Counted from the first letter of the stretch, positions 16,755 to 26,811 are shown. The stretch is DNA of 64,000 bases from Candidatus Shapirobacteria bacterium (GCA_027039485.1 JALWDZ010000026.1:1093-65092), one strand, 5' to 3'. Translations and numbers: made by a program. Notes: generated from the sequence alone by a model not told the origin.

Positions 16755-18805
16755 TTTAAAGCCACCCTTCTTTGCCAATCGGCCAAAAACTGCTGCCAAC
16801 GCTGCCAATATTCGCCTTTTTTTATCGCCAAAGCTTGTTCGGCTGCTCGATGAGTTTGGGTTACCAAATCTAAATCTAGCCAGGAAGCTAATTTTAAGCG
16901 CGGAAAGCCATGCTGCTGGGTCCCTAAAAGTTCTCCTGGTCCGCGTAATTTCAAATCAGCCTCGGCTAATTCTAAACCTCGCCGCAATTTAGTTAAAAGC
17001 CGTAAGCGTTGTTGGCTCTGCCGGCTTTTGGCTTCGGAAAACAGAAGGCAATAGGCTTTTTCCCGATTTCTGCCTACCCGCCCCCGCAGCTGATGCAATT
17101 GGGCTAGGCCAAACCTCTCTGCGTTTTCAATAATGATAATTTTTGCCCGGGGTAAATCAACACCCACTTCAACTACCGGCGTAGTTACCAGAATGTCAAT
17201 TTTGCCCGCTTGCATTTTCTTTAAAATAGCCGCTTTCTCCTGGCTTTTTAATCGTCCGTGCAAAAGGGCAAGGCGGAAGCCGGCAAATATCTTTTCCAAG
17301 CGAACAAATTCTTCCGTGGCCGCCCGGACAGATTGTAATGTTTCCGAGCTTTCAATAAAGGGACAAACAATAAAAACCTGGGCCTGGTGCTGGCGGATTT
17401 CCTTAGCAACCCACCGATAGGCAGCCATCCTTTTAGCTGGTGGCACCACGAAAGTCGTTACCGGTTGCCGGCCGGGCAAAAGGTCGGTCAATCGGGAAAC
17501 GGCCAGGTTGCCCCGCAAAACTAAACTCACCGTCCGGGGAATTGGGGTCGCCGTCATAGTTAAAACATGGGGGAAAGAGCCATCTTGGTTCGCTGCCACT
17601 AACTGGGCCCGCTGGCTAACACCGAAACGGTGCTGTTCATCAATAATAACTAAACCAAGCCGGCCCAATTCCTGACGGTGGTGAAAAAGAGCGTGGGTGC
17701 CGATTAAAAAAATGGCCTCTGTATTTTCTTGAAATTGCGAAGTCCAGATTCCCACTTCTAAATCCCAGCGCCGAAACAAATCCTGTAGGTTCTGGTAGTG
17801 TTGCCAAGCCAAAATTTCCGTTGGCGCCATCAAAACCGCCCGCCAGCCCGCTTTTGCCACCTGAGCCGCGACCAAAGCAGCGACAATCGTTTTGCCAGTC
17901 CCTACATCACCCTCCAAAAGGCGATTCATAGGAAACGGCTGCTGTAAATCATGGGCGATCTCTTCTAAAGCCTGCCGCTGGCTGGGAGTTAATTGAAAAG
18001 GCAAATCAGCCGCTAAAGCTGTTGCTAATTTAGCGTCCCATTTTATCGCCGGTGCCAATTTAGCCCGTTCTTTTTGCTGCCGGTACAGCAACGGTAGTTG
18101 CAAAAGGAAAAGTTCCTCAAAAGCCAAAGTGCACCGGGCTTGTTGGGCTGCAGCCAGCGACGAGGGGGCATGAATTTGCCGCAACGCCTGCCAGCGGGGT
18201 AGCAATTGGTAACGCTGGCGCCAGGCCGGAGGAAAATAATCGGGGAAAAGATGTTCAGAAAGGTGAGGGAGAAGTGTGGCAATAATTTTGCGCAAATAAC
18301 TTGAAGTGACCCCTTCGGTCTCCGGATAAACAGCCAAAAGCCGCCCTGTTTGCCAGTTGCTCCCCCCTTTTTCTATTAAAGGATTGACAATCTGCCAACG
18401 GCCCAGAGGAGATTTTTTTACCTGGCCGGCAGCAAGAAGTTTTGCCCCTTCTTTTATACCCTGAAGGCGAAACGGCTGGTTAAACCAGACCAATTCTAAA
18501 AACTCTCCTTGATCTTCGAGGACTATCTGCTGGACTGTTTTTCCCCGCCGAGTAAGCCGATTTTCTAATTTAACCACCTTGCCTTTTACCGAAACCGTTT
18601 CTCCCAGTTGTAACTGTTTAATAGTTTTAAATTGGCGAAAGTCTTGATAATAAATAGGGAAATGGTAAATTAAATCTTTGATAGTTTTAATGCCCAAACG
18701 AGCTAGCCGCGCTGCCGATTTAGGCCCCACCCCTTTGAGGTAACGAACCGATGTCTCCGGGGACAATTGGGCCATTTTTAGTGCAAGAGGTAAATTAGGG
18801 GCCAA
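16751..18805 (-). CDS. recG: ATP-dependent DNA helicase RecG
   Basis: Wedge domain, helicase motif I DVGTGKT, DEQHRFG, TATPIPRT. Length 684 aa. Confidence 0.85.
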   Translation of the reverse strand: MAPNLPLALKMAQLSPETSVRYLKGVGPKSAARLARLGIKTIKDLIYHFPIYYQDFRQFKTIKQLQLGETVSVKGKVVKLENRLTRRGKTVQQIVLEDQGEFLELVWFNQPFRLQGIKEGAKLLAAGQVKKSPLGRWQIVNPLIEKGGSNWQTGRLLAVYPETEGVTSSYLRKIIATLLPHLSEHLFPDYFPPAWRQRYQLLPRWQALRQIHAPSSLAAAQQARCTLAFEELFLLQLPLLYRQQKERAKLAPAIKWDAKLATALAADLPFQLTPSQRQALEEIAHDLQQPFPMNRLLEGDVGTGKTIVAALVAAQVAKAGWRAVLMAPTEILAWQHYQNLQDLFRRWDLEVGIWTSQFQENTEAIFLIGTHALFHHRQELGRLGLVIIDEQHRFGVSQRAQLVAANQDGSFPHVLTMTATPIPRTVSLVLRGNLAVSRLTDLLPGRQPVTTFVVPPAKRMAAYRWVAKEIRQHQAQVFIVCPFIESSETLQSVRAATEEFVRLEKIFAGFRLALLHGRLKSQEKAAILKKMQAGKIDILVTTPVVEVGVDLPRAKIIIIENAERFGLAQLHQLRGRVGRNREKAYCLLFSEAKSRQSQQRLRLLTKLRRGLELAEADLKLRGPGELLGTQQHGFPRLKLASWLDLDLVTQTHRAAEQALAIKKGEYWQRWQQFLADWQRRVALN

Positions 18806-18876
18806 AAGCTACCCAAAACCAAAGCCAAGGAGGCGATGATAATGACAATTTTCATAATTTTCTTTTGCTTCATATC

Positions 18877-19632
18877 TTATCTTACCACAAAAGGGCGCAG
18901 GCGGCGGATTCCCATTTGTTTCAGTGGTTTTTTTACTTTATCTAGCAACGACTGGCCCGTTTTTAGTTTTTCAGGCCATCTTTGTTGCCAAAGTGGTTGG
19001 CCCGGCTTAACAATTTCGATAAAACCTAAATGGGGACCGGTGATCTTGGTTGTGCTGCTGGAATGAGCATAAGCTATTTTCTGGGCTTGTTGGCCGACTA
19101 CTACTAAAACATGGTCGATTCTCTTTTCGCTTTCAATTTGGGCCGGGATAATGTCGCCTTCGCGAATATTTTCTGGTAAAGGCTCTACAAAAATGGAATT
19201 TTTTTCATTAGTTAGGGCCCAGGTGTTAAAACGCCGCCGGGGATTTCGGCTAAAGCCCGGAGCCCATTGGAGCCCCTGCCAAAAACCCGGATGTAAAAAG
19301 TCCAGAATTTGGAACGCAAAACCAGAGCAATCGAGACCAATTCGCTTTTGTTGCATAAAACGGCGAATTTCCAAAGCTGGCATTTTTTGCCAATCCAACC
19401 CTTGCTGGCGCAGTTTAGCCAGAGTCACCCGGCGAATTTCGGCAGGAGTGCCCTTCCCTCCAAACGGCCCCTGAATGCGCCGCCCGAATTTCAGAAAACG
19501 GTTGCGCCAATAGGGAATTCTCACCGTCTTCTCGCCAAAAGGGAGAGCAAAAAAAGAGTTTAAAAATTGCTGCAAATCTTCTCTCATTTCTTTTAGAATA
19601 ACATACCCATAATAAAAATAACCAAATTCCAA
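18877..19632 (-). CDS. NlpC/P60-family peptidase-like protein (no obvious signal peptide)
   Basis: Catalytic Cys motif GLDCSGF, followed about 75 aa later by DHVLVVVG (the His region). Confidence 0.5.
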   Translation of the reverse strand: MEFGYFYYGYVILKEMREDLQQFLNSFFALPFGEKTVRIPYWRNRFLKFGRRIQGPFGGKGTPAEIRRVTLAKLRQQGLDWQKMPALEIRRFMQQKRIGLDCSGFAFQILDFLHPGFWQGLQWAPGFSRNPRRRFNTWALTNEKNSIFVEPLPENIREGDIIPAQIESEKRIDHVLVVVGQQAQKIAYAHSSSTTKITGPHLGFIEIVKPGQPLWQQRWPEKLKTGQSLLDKVKKPLKQMGIRRLRPFVVR

Positions 19633-20020
19633 ATCTCAAATTCCAACCCCCCCTTCGGTAGGGGCAGGCAAATCCTAATTACCAAAATCCTAAACCCTAA
19701 ACAATGTTCAAATGATCAAAATTCAAATGTTCAAAACATTTCTTTCCTGTCATCCCGCCCTTTCTTATGAAAGAGCGGGATCTAGCCGAAGGTGCATGGA
19801 ATACTATATATTGCGCTCGCTCTGCTCGCTAGATTTTTACCCCGACGTTACGTCTTGGGGCTTCGCTAACGCTCAGAATGACATAGTTTAAGTGTTTTGG
19901 TCATTTGGTCATTTGGATTTTGAGCATTATTTAGGATTTAGGTCATTAGGATTTTGGATTTGTTATTCCTAGCTCCTAGTTCTTAGTTCCTAGTTCCATT
20001 TTCTAACTCCTAGACTCTTA
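19630..20020. repeat. nested-palindrome MITE/REPIN-like element with GC-rich core (core in reverse orientation)
   Basis: Arms caaatcctaattaccaaaatcctaaaccctaaac.../...ggatttaggtcattaggattttggatttg. Core gtcatcccgcc...cggggtaaaaatctagcgag...ctcagaatgac. 3' cctag-rich tract. Confidence 0.8.
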
Positions 20021-20079
20021 ATCGGCAATAAAAGATAAAATTTGCAATCTGTCAGGAAAATAAGTAGAATACAAACACT

Positions 20080-20280
20080 ATGGCAGCATTGCCCAAACGA
20101 AAACCATCAACCCATCGGCAGGGTCGGCGGCGGAGCACCCACTCAGTTGCCCTTCCCAAATTAGTTACTTGCCCAAATTGCGGTCACAAAAAATTACCCC
20201 ATTTACCTTGTCCTCACTGTGGTTGGTATGAAGAAAAAACAAACCGATCCACGTCACCAGCGGCGGCGGCGAATCATTAA
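20080..20280 (+). CDS. rpmF: 50S ribosomal protein L32
   Basis: MAALPKRKPSTHRQGRRRSTH...CPNCGHKKLPHLPCPHCG, with the L32 zinc-ribbon. Confidence 0.8.
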   Translation: MAALPKRKPSTHRQGRRRSTHSVALPKLVTCPNCGHKKLPHLPCPHCGWYEEKTNRSTSPAAAANH

Positions 20281-20602
20281 AATTCTTTTTGCCCATTCTT
20301 TTGACCAACTGGCCAAAAGAAAAACTTCTCCTTCCAATCAAGAAGCTAAAGAAATTATGAAACAAAAACCAGCTATCGACCAATATATTCTCAAGGCTGC
20401 CCCCCGCTGGCCGTTGGAGCGCATTAATAAAATTGACCTCGCTATTCTCCGCCTGGCTATCTGGGAACTTTGCTTTCAAAAAAAGGAGCCACCCAAAGTT
20501 ATTATTGACGAAGCGGTAGAATTAGCTAAAGAGTTTGGCGGGGAAAATTCACCAAGTTTCGTTAACGGAGTTTTGGGCACCATCTATGAACGCTGCCAAT
20601 AA
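20228..20602 (+). CDS. nusB: transcription antitermination factor NusB
   Basis: PRHQRRRRIIKILFAHSF N-terminus and AILRLAIWEL motif. Start taken at the internal Met, overlapping the rpmF end. Confidence 0.65.
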   Translation: MKKKQTDPRHQRRRRIIKILFAHSFDQLAKRKTSPSNQEAKEIMKQKPAIDQYILKAAPRWPLERINKIDLAILRLAIWELCFQKKEPPKVIIDEAVELAKEFGGENSPSFVNGVLGTIYERCQ

Positions 20603-21317
20603 CGACTATCACCAACTGGAAAAGCGCCTACGTGTCCACTTCCGCCAGCCAGAATTGCTAGAAAAGGCCCTTACTCACCGGTCCTGGCTAAACGAGCACC
20701 GCCAGAAAACAACCACTTCTAACGAACGACTAGAATTTCTAGGCGATGCAGTTTTAGAACTTTGGAGCAGCAGCCGCCTTTATGCTCTTTTTCCCCAATA
20801 TCCGGAAGGCCAGTTAACTAATATCCGCTCCGCCCTGGTTCGGACCCAGACTTTAGCCCTGGCGGCCAAAAAGCTTCATTTAGGCAAATATTTGCGCTTG
20901 AGCCGCGGCGAGGAAAAAACTGGCGGCCGGCAAAACCCTTCCCTTTTAGAAAATACTTTTGAAGCTTTAATCGGAGCTATTTACGCCGATCAGGGAATAG
21001 AAGCAGCTTTTAAATTTCTAGACCGCCAGCTATTGGCAAAATTAAAACTATTTGGCAAAAAGGGTAATATTAAAGACGCCAAAACCATTTTCCAGGAAAT
21101 TGCCCAAGAAAGAATGAAAATTACCCCCCATTACCAAATTCTTGCCAGCCAAGGCCCAGAGCACCAAAAAATTTTTACCGCCGGGGCTTTCCTAGAGACT
21201 AAACTAATAGCTAAAGGACAGGGACATTCTAAACGCGAAGCCGAAGAGGCTGCCGCCAAAAAAGCATTGACTATCTTTAAGAAACAAAGTAGAATTAGCA
21301 ACAAGAAAAATGCTTAA
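20586..21317 (+). CDS. rnc: ribonuclease III
   Basis: RNase III signature ERLEFLGDAVLEL plus C-terminal dsRBD. Start set at MNAANN. Confidence 0.85.
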   Translation: MNAANNDYHQLEKRLRVHFRQPELLEKALTHRSWLNEHRQKTTTSNERLEFLGDAVLELWSSSRLYALFPQYPEGQLTNIRSALVRTQTLALAAKKLHLGKYLRLSRGEEKTGGRQNPSLLENTFEALIGAIYADQGIEAAFKFLDRQLLAKLKLFGKKGNIKDAKTIFQEIAQERMKITPHYQILASQGPEHQKIFTAGAFLETKLIAKGQGHSKREAEEAAAKKALTIFKKQSRISNKKNA

Positions 21318-21528
21318 AATAAAACTTTTCCAGCGCGGCAAAAAACACCAGCGAACTTACCGCATCGTTGTTGCCGAAGCCCGCTCAAAGCGAGACGGCA
21401 AATTTGTTGCCGACCTTGGTTTTTATAACCCGCAAACAAAGGAATTGCATTTTAACAAAAAGGAATTAGCTAAATGGCAAGAGCAGGGAGCTCAATTAAC
21501 CGCGGGAGTACGCCGCCTTTTATCATGA
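21310..21528 (+). CDS. rpsP: 30S ribosomal protein S16
   Basis: MLKIKLFQRGKKHQRTYRIVVAEARSKRDGKF... typical S16. Confidence 0.9.
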   Translation: MLKIKLFQRGKKHQRTYRIVVAEARSKRDGKFVADLGFYNPQTKELHFNKKELAKWQEQGAQLTAGVRRLLS

Positions 21529-21758
21529 AAGAGTTGATTAGTTTCTTACTCCAGCTTATTTTTGGCCCCAAAAGCAAAGAAATTGACATCCTCATCACAC
21601 CAGAGGAAAACGGCCAACTTATTACCTTGGCAGCTCCAGAGGAACTCTTGGGCCAACTCATTGGCCGCGCTGGCCAAACTGCCCGGGCCCTAAAAATCCT
21701 TCTCGCCCTCCAAAGCAAAGGCCAACAAAGCTTCCGCCTTGATATTAAGAAAAAATAA
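21474..21758 (+). CDS. KH-domain RNA-binding protein (UPF0109/YlqC-like)
   Basis: LIGRAGQTARALKILL KH GxxG-like motif. Conserved position downstream of rpsP. Confidence 0.65.
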   Translation: MARAGSSINRGSTPPFIMKELISFLLQLIFGPKSKEIDILITPEENGQLITLAAPEELLGQLIGRAGQTARALKILLALQSKGQQSFRLDIKKK

Positions 21759-21760
21759 TT

Positions 21761-22528
21761 TTAATAGAAAATATTACTTTTGCCCGCCGGGTTAGCGCTG
21801 GGGCTAGAAGACAAGGAAGGTTGTGGAGAAGAATAATGGAAAGTTTCTAGTTTTTTTAATACTTCCTTCTCTCCCTTAGTCAAAACAAAATCAGCAGGCT
21901 TTATCGAGATTGCCTTAAAGCGCGCGACATGACCGGCAAAATATAAACGCACCGAAAGCCTCAGCCGTAATAATTTAGCATCCTTGCCTTGGCTGTCAAA
22001 GCTAAATTCAATTGGCTGCAAAAGCGGTAAATTTGTTTCCAAATCCTTTAAAAAAGGTAAAAGATTTTTTCTTTCGCCAACAATTTCTAAATCAAGACGG
22101 GCTGTCGCCGGCGCTGATTTTTTGCGTGCCGAAGGTGTCGCTGTTTCTATCTGGCCCAAATCAAAACGCAAACTCTCAATCAAAAAACCATTGCGTTGGC
22201 AAGGAGCATCTAAAGCGAAGAGGACGCTAGCAATATCAGTTTGGCGTGGAAATGCTCTTTGCACCCAAAGAAGAGAATTTTTTAAGCTTTGCCAATCCCA
22301 ATTTTGCAAAACAGCCAGCTCTTCGGTTTTCTGGCGCAATATTTTTTGCTTTAGGCGCCACTGTTGCCATTCCTGCCTAGTTTGTTTTACAGCCGGCACC
22401 CAAAAAAGGAGCCCCGCCAAAAAAACTAAGCCCACTAAACCCCAATACAGCAAGAGGCGGCGAACAATTTTATTTTTAGATGCCAACGAAAACAGGCGCA
22501 GTTGCATCTCCAACCTATTCCCCATCAT
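21761..22528 (-). CDS. pilO: type IV pilus assembly protein PilO-like
   Basis: Single N-terminal TM plus coiled coil, downstream of pilM-pilN in the same operon. Confidence 0.4.
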   Translation of the reverse strand: MMGNRLEMQLRLFSLASKNKIVRRLLLYWGLVGLVFLAGLLFWVPAVKQTRQEWQQWRLKQKILRQKTEELAVLQNWDWQSLKNSLLWVQRAFPRQTDIASVLFALDAPCQRNGFLIESLRFDLGQIETATPSARKKSAPATARLDLEIVGERKNLLPFLKDLETNLPLLQPIEFSFDSQGKDAKLLRLRLSVRLYFAGHVARFKAISIKPADFVLTKGEKEVLKKLETFHYSSPQPSLSSSPSANPAGKSNIFY

Positions 22529-23076
22529 GAGTGATGCTTTTGAATAGATAAGACAAAAAAAGTTTTTGCCGGCGTTACCGTTAAAGTTTGTAAAGTAATT
22601 ATTCTGAATTGAGCAGTCGGGAAAAACGCCCGAAACGTATCCAACTTTTTCTCAAAGGCAGCTAAATCCAGCAAATCAGGCCAATAACCCTGGAGAATCA
22701 TTGTCTGCCCCTGCATTTTGAAATTGCTAATTACTGCCTTCTGACCCACAAATTTTTGAATAACAGCCAAATAAAAACTATATTTATCTCTCTTTTGCAA
22801 AACGGTACCCGCCTTACGCAATTCTACTTTTAAATATTTTTGTTGGGCTAATTGGGGAGCAAAAGTAGCCTTAGCTTGCTCTCTGGCTTGAATCTGACTT
22901 TGTAGTCGAACAAGCTGCTTTTTCAGCCAAAAATTACCTCCAATTGTTAATAAAACTAGAATAAGAAAGCTAAGAGCCAAAATAAGTGCCCTGGGGCGCC
23001 AGAAATTCAACCAGCGCCAGTATTGCAAATCTTCCCGTGTCCGCCCACCCAAAAGATTTACTCTATTCACCGCCAC
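22525..23076 (-). CDS. pilN: type IV pilus assembly protein PilN-like
   Basis: VNLLGGR start, single TM, coiled coil. Translationally coupled to pilM. Confidence 0.5.
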   Translation of the reverse strand: MAVNRVNLLGGRTREDLQYWRWLNFWRPRALILALSFLILVLLTIGGNFWLKKQLVRLQSQIQAREQAKATFAPQLAQQKYLKVELRKAGTVLQKRDKYSFYLAVIQKFVGQKAVISNFKMQGQTMILQGYWPDLLDLAAFEKKLDTFRAFFPTAQFRIITLQTLTVTPAKTFFVLSIQKHHS

Positions 23077-24074
23077 TGCCTTTCCGCCAAACCAATAGCC
23101 GCAGAAAAATCTAATTTTCTTTTCAAAAAGTTTTTATCTATTGTCTCTGCTAGCTGCATATTTGCCATCGGGGCGCCCATCTGCACTTCAATACCAATAG
23201 TCCTGATCAATTCGTCAGATAGCTTGGGCAGAGCGCTTTCTTGCCCAGAAAGAATAATCAAATCTACCGTTTCATGCCACTCCTCGTTAAAGGCAACCAT
23301 CGTTTGTCGGGCATCTTCGATCAAGCGTGTTAACAAAGGCAAAAGCGCTTTGCGCACTTTATTCTGCCATTTACCTTTTTCAAAACCATAAACATTTTTA
23401 TATTCTTGGGCCTTTAAATTATCCATTCCTAGGGCAACGCTTACGGCCCGGGTAAAGGCTTGGCTACCCACCGGAACAATACGGCTAAGATATGGCACGG
23501 CATCTTTAACTACTAAAAACAATGTTTCCTGCTGCTTGATGTCAAAAATAAGCGTCGGTTTGGCCCGAGCAGGCACCAAGGCGCGCGTTAAGGCAATGCC
23601 TTCATTTTCAACCGCCAGAGGCACCAAATCAGCCAAAGTTAATAATTGTTGAAGCCCATCCAAAAAGCTTTTTCGGGTGGCCACCACCCAAACATATTGT
23701 TGGCCATTATCCATCTTCTTAACTACCTGATAATCCATTTGAGCCTCAGTCACTGGATAGGGAATAAAAGTATCAGCCTCATAACGCAGGGCTGAAGCAA
23801 TCTCTTCCTCTTTCATCGGCGGCAAAACAACCAAACGACTAATAACCATTTTCTCAGGAATACCAACTACCACCTGTTTTGTTTTTATATTGCCAAGGGC
23901 CAAAAGTTTGTTAAGCTCGGGGAGAAGATTTTTTCTATTCCGCTCGTTAGCAAAATCGAGGCCAAAGTTGTTAACAACTTCTTCGAGAACAGTTAGGGTA
24001 AAATTAACGCCGCTTTTTTTTACCTGGGCAATCTGCAAAGCATTGTTGGTCAAATTGAGGCCAAAGTAATCCAT
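23067..24074 (-). CDS. pilM: type IV pilus assembly protein PilM (actin-like ATPase fold)
   Basis: 335 aa, N-terminal LGLDIG-like start (FGLNLTNNALQIAQV), actin/FtsA-like fold. Confidence 0.7.
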   Translation of the reverse strand: MDYFGLNLTNNALQIAQVKKSGVNFTLTVLEEVVNNFGLDFANERNRKNLLPELNKLLALGNIKTKQVVVGIPEKMVISRLVVLPPMKEEEIASALRYEADTFIPYPVTEAQMDYQVVKKMDNGQQYVWVVATRKSFLDGLQQLLTLADLVPLAVENEGIALTRALVPARAKPTLIFDIKQQETLFLVVKDAVPYLSRIVPVGSQAFTRAVSVALGMDNLKAQEYKNVYGFEKGKWQNKVRKALLPLLTRLIEDARQTMVAFNEEWHETVDLIILSGQESALPKLSDELIRTIGIEVQMGAPMANMQLAETIDKNFLKRKLDFSAAIGLAERQWR

Positions 24075-24111
24075 TTACTTCAGTATAAACAATTGGTAAA
24101 GCGAAAATCAA

Positions 24112-24609
24112 TTAAATTTTTTTTCCCAAAATCTTGTGAAGATAAAAATGATCAGACTTTTTGCCCACCGTGCCCATAAGCGATTTTTCCTGCACCTCGA
24201 GATCAAAATTGATAGTAATTTCTGGATATGATGAGCTTAACGGTTGACAGCGAGCTTGGAAATTTTTACATTTCACCGTTTTCGGAGTGAGGGCACTACT
24301 ATTAGAAGCAACGGCCCCGTTTTGGCAGCTAAAAACAGTGATCTCCCCATCTCGCCCCCAAAATGTGATTCTGTCTCGGTTAGCGCCATCGCAAAGGTCG
24401 GGGTGGTCGGCAAAACGTTGCAAGTAATCCTCTATAGCTAAAATTGCTGTACTCCCGCTTTGCCGCAACAATTTGCTGCTCAGCGCCTTATTTTGCCCTC
24501 GCAAGCTCATTACAAAAATAGCCGCTCCTACAGTTGCTAAAATAGCAAAAGTGCTAACAACAACTAAATTCTCAATCAGAGAAAAGCCCAGATGCCTTTT
24601 CATTGCCAA
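24112..24609 (-). CDS. prepilin-type minor pilin/pseudopilin
   Basis: Class III signal with cleavage motif G|FSLIE followed by a hydrophobic helix. Confidence 0.55.
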   Translation of the reverse strand: MAMKRHLGFSLIENLVVVSTFAILATVGAAIFVMSLRGQNKALSSKLLRQSGSTAILAIEDYLQRFADHPDLCDGANRDRITFWGRDGEITVFSCQNGAVASNSSALTPKTVKCKNFQARCQPLSSSYPEITINFDLEVQEKSLMGTVGKKSDHFYLHKILGKKI

Positions 24610-25010
24610 TTACTATAAACAGTAGCCATTTCTACCATGCCTCTTTTGCTCCACCAAACTTTCACCTTGACGGTCACATCTTTTTGCGTACCGCTAATAT
24701 GACAGTTTTGATAACAGGTTTGACAGGTGAAATATTTATAGCCCTGGCAATTTGTTTCTTGTTGGCATTTATTACAAAGAGTGCTCAAATTACCCCACCA
24801 AGATTGGTCTAGTTTTGCCACCCTAATATCCTCTAGCTGCTTTTTAGCTAATTGGGTGGCTAAAGTTTTTTGTCGGTTAAACCGAGCAGTGGCAATAATA
24901 AAAGTAGTTGCCGCTGCTAATCCCGAAAGCAAAAGGGCAGAAATAGAAATTACAAAAACTACTTCCAGCAAGGATTGACCTTTTTCTTTCTGGCCTATTT
25001 TTATTGACAT
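24600..25010 (-). CDS. prepilin-type pilin-like protein
   Basis: KGQSLLEVVFVISISALLL N-terminal prepilin helix, Cys-containing C-terminus. Confidence 0.5.
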   Translation of the reverse strand: MSIKIGQKEKGQSLLEVVFVISISALLLSGLAAATTFIIATARFNRQKTLATQLAKKQLEDIRVAKLDQSWWGNLSTLCNKCQQETNCQGYKYFTCQTCYQNCHISGTQKDVTVKVKVWWSKRGMVEMATVYSNWQ

Positions 25011-25570
25011 GCCTGCTCCTCGATAGTTCCCACCTTATATAAATTCACTTGGCGGCAACGGCCCTGGTAATAAAGACGAAAATAGCTTGGGTCGGTGGTG
25101 ACAGCACTTAACCGTCCTTCTAAAGCCAAAAAACGAAGCTTTTGGTTGTCGTCGCCATCACGATAAAGCCAATTACTCAAAGACTGCCATTCTTTTTCGC
25201 TAATAGTTTGCCAGGGCTGCTGGTAGTTATCGCAAACTTGGCGGTATTTCAAACTTTTATTAACGCTCCAAATTTCATAATAAGCCAATTCGTTGCATTG
25301 GCGGCTTTTTACACCGGCTCGCGCTTGACTGCGAAGCATGGCCAGATCTGTCGCCAAAACCTGAGCAGCCATATCCACCTGTTTTTTGGCCAAATAAAAG
25401 CGATAACCAGCAAAACTAAAACCTATTAGAAGACTAGCAATAGCTAAAGATACTAAAAGCTCTAAAAGGGTAAGGCCTTTCATTCTACGGCGGCGAAAGA
25501 TGATAATTGCAAATTGTGTGCCAATTATTACCACACCGAGGATTACGAGGACAACCATTGCGATTCCCAC
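25001..25570 (-). CDS. prepilin-type pilin-like protein
   Basis: MKGLTLLELLVSLAIASLLIG prepilin N-terminus. Confidence 0.55.
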   Translation of the reverse strand: MGIAMVVLVILGVVIIGTQFAIIIFRRRRMKGLTLLELLVSLAIASLLIGFSFAGYRFYLAKKQVDMAAQVLATDLAMLRSQARAGVKSRQCNELAYYEIWSVNKSLKYRQVCDNYQQPWQTISEKEWQSLSNWLYRDGDDNQKLRFLALEGRLSAVTTDPSYFRLYYQGRCRQVNLYKVGTIEEQACQ

Positions 25571-25946
25571 TAGATTCTAACGCAGCGCAAAGTACATAAT
25601 CAGCACCATTAGCAGAATAATAATAATAGTGTTGCCCCCCCTTAGGATCCTGAGGGAATTCGTGCATATAGGTAACACCATTACAAGTCCAAGCTCCTGA
25701 TGCAGGGGGTAAGCAGGCTCGACAAGTACCTCCATCGTTATAAGGATAACAGCCAATATCGCTGCGAATCATTTCCAAAACTGACCGGATTTGCTCTAAA
25801 TCCGCTTTTCTCTTATCATCCCGAGCCTTCCGGCCAGCCGATTGATAAGACACCAAGGCCACCGAAGACAGAAGAATAATAATCGTGGTTACTACCAATA
25901 ACTCGATAAAAGTAAAGCCTTTCTTCATTGAAGATTGCTCAAACAA
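25485..25946 (-). CDS. type IV pilin (tandem paralog 1)
   Basis: KKGFTFIELLVVTTIIILL, then RKARDDKRKADLEQIRSVLEMIRSD and a Cys-rich C-terminal domain. Confidence 0.7.
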   Translation of the reverse strand: MFEQSSMKKGFTFIELLVVTTIIILLSSVALVSYQSAGRKARDDKRKADLEQIRSVLEMIRSDIGCYPYNDGGTCRACLPPASGAWTCNGVTYMHEFPQDPKGGQHYYYYSANGADYVLCAALESSGNRNGCPRNPRCGNNWHTICNYHLSPP

Positions 25947-26329
25947 AAATACTTTCCTCTGCCATAATTACAACCATTATTAGTGCCAGTACTTCGGGCA
26001 TTACCATTACTGGCCTCTAGTTGCGCACAAATACAATAAGAGTCGCTTGTACACTTCCAAGAATAATTTCGGGAAGGTTTAGGATCCCTAGGCAAACCAC
26101 CAGGCAAATAAGTATTTCCCGGATTACAACCAACCGGATATCGGTCATGTACCGCCCGGTATTGCTCTAAGGCTTTTTGGACCGCTTTAATATCCTGGCG
26201 GCGGCGGGCATCTCGGGCCCGTTTTTGGGCTGCCGAGTAAGAAGTAGAAATAACAGCCATTAAAACAGCGATAATAGAGATAACTACCAACAATTCAAAG
26301 AGAGTAAAACCGGCATTCTTTTTCATCAT
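25925..26329 (-). CDS. type IV pilin (tandem paralog 2)
   Basis: NAGFTLFELLVVISIIAVLMAV, then KRARDARRRQDIKAVQKALEQYRAVHDRYP. Confidence 0.7.
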   Translation of the reverse strand: MMKKNAGFTLFELLVVISIIAVLMAVISTSYSAAQKRARDARRRQDIKAVQKALEQYRAVHDRYPVGCNPGNTYLPGGLPRDPKPSRNYSWKCTSDSYCICAQLEASNGNARSTGTNNGCNYGRGKYFCLSNLQ

Positions 26330-26811
26330 TGACTACATACATAATAACAGTTTTCGGAACAGTTTGCTTGGCAAATCGTTTCCGGACAACGCTGGCTTGA
26401 ATCGCTAATATCTACATCACCGCCATTTTCTAATTCAGCCCAGAGGCGAAAGCCATCGCCATCATTACTCACACAATAGCCGTAATGGTGGTTGCCTCCA
26501 AGAGGGTCATCAGGCACTTTGGTCATGTAGGTAGTATTGCCTTCTTGCCACTGGCTGCCAAAAAGTAGTGGGGGAGTGGGATAAGCCTGATGGTCGTTGT
26601 AATAAAGGCGAAGGCTATTTTTAATTTCCCAAAGATCTTGCTTCCGCTGGCTATCCCGGGCCCGCTGCCGAGCCGACATTAAATTAGGCAAAAGTATCCC
26701 GGCTAAAATAGCAATAATCGAGAGGACCACTAAAAGCTCAATGAGGGTAAACCCTTTTCGTCTCAGAAGGGTAAACCCTTTTTGCTTCGGAAGGGTAAAT
26801 CCTTTTTTCAT
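26326..26811 (-). CDS. type IV pilin (tandem paralog 3)
   Basis: KGFTLIELLVVLSIIAILAG, then RQRARDSQRKQDLWEIKNSLRLYYNDHQAYP. Confidence 0.7.
   Translation of the reverse strand: MKKGFTLPKQKGFTLLRRKGFTLIELLVVLSIIAILAGILLPNLMSARQRARDSQRKQDLWEIKNSLRLYYNDHQAYPTPPLLFGSQWQEGNTTYMTKVPDDPLGGNHHYGYCVSNDGDGFRLWAELENGGDVDISDSSQRCPETICQANCSENCYYVCSQ

Noticed and set aside
19690-19710. Telomere-like (CCCTAAA)n motif: cctaaaccctaaac
   Set aside because: There are only two units, embedded in the aaatcctaaa k-mer family of the repeat arms, so this looks coincidental.
21984-22547. Forward-strand ORF 21984..22547 (187 aa) opposite pilO/pilN
   Set aside because: Lys/Arg/Ser-rich low-complexity translation antisense to coupled pilus genes, so likely non-coding.
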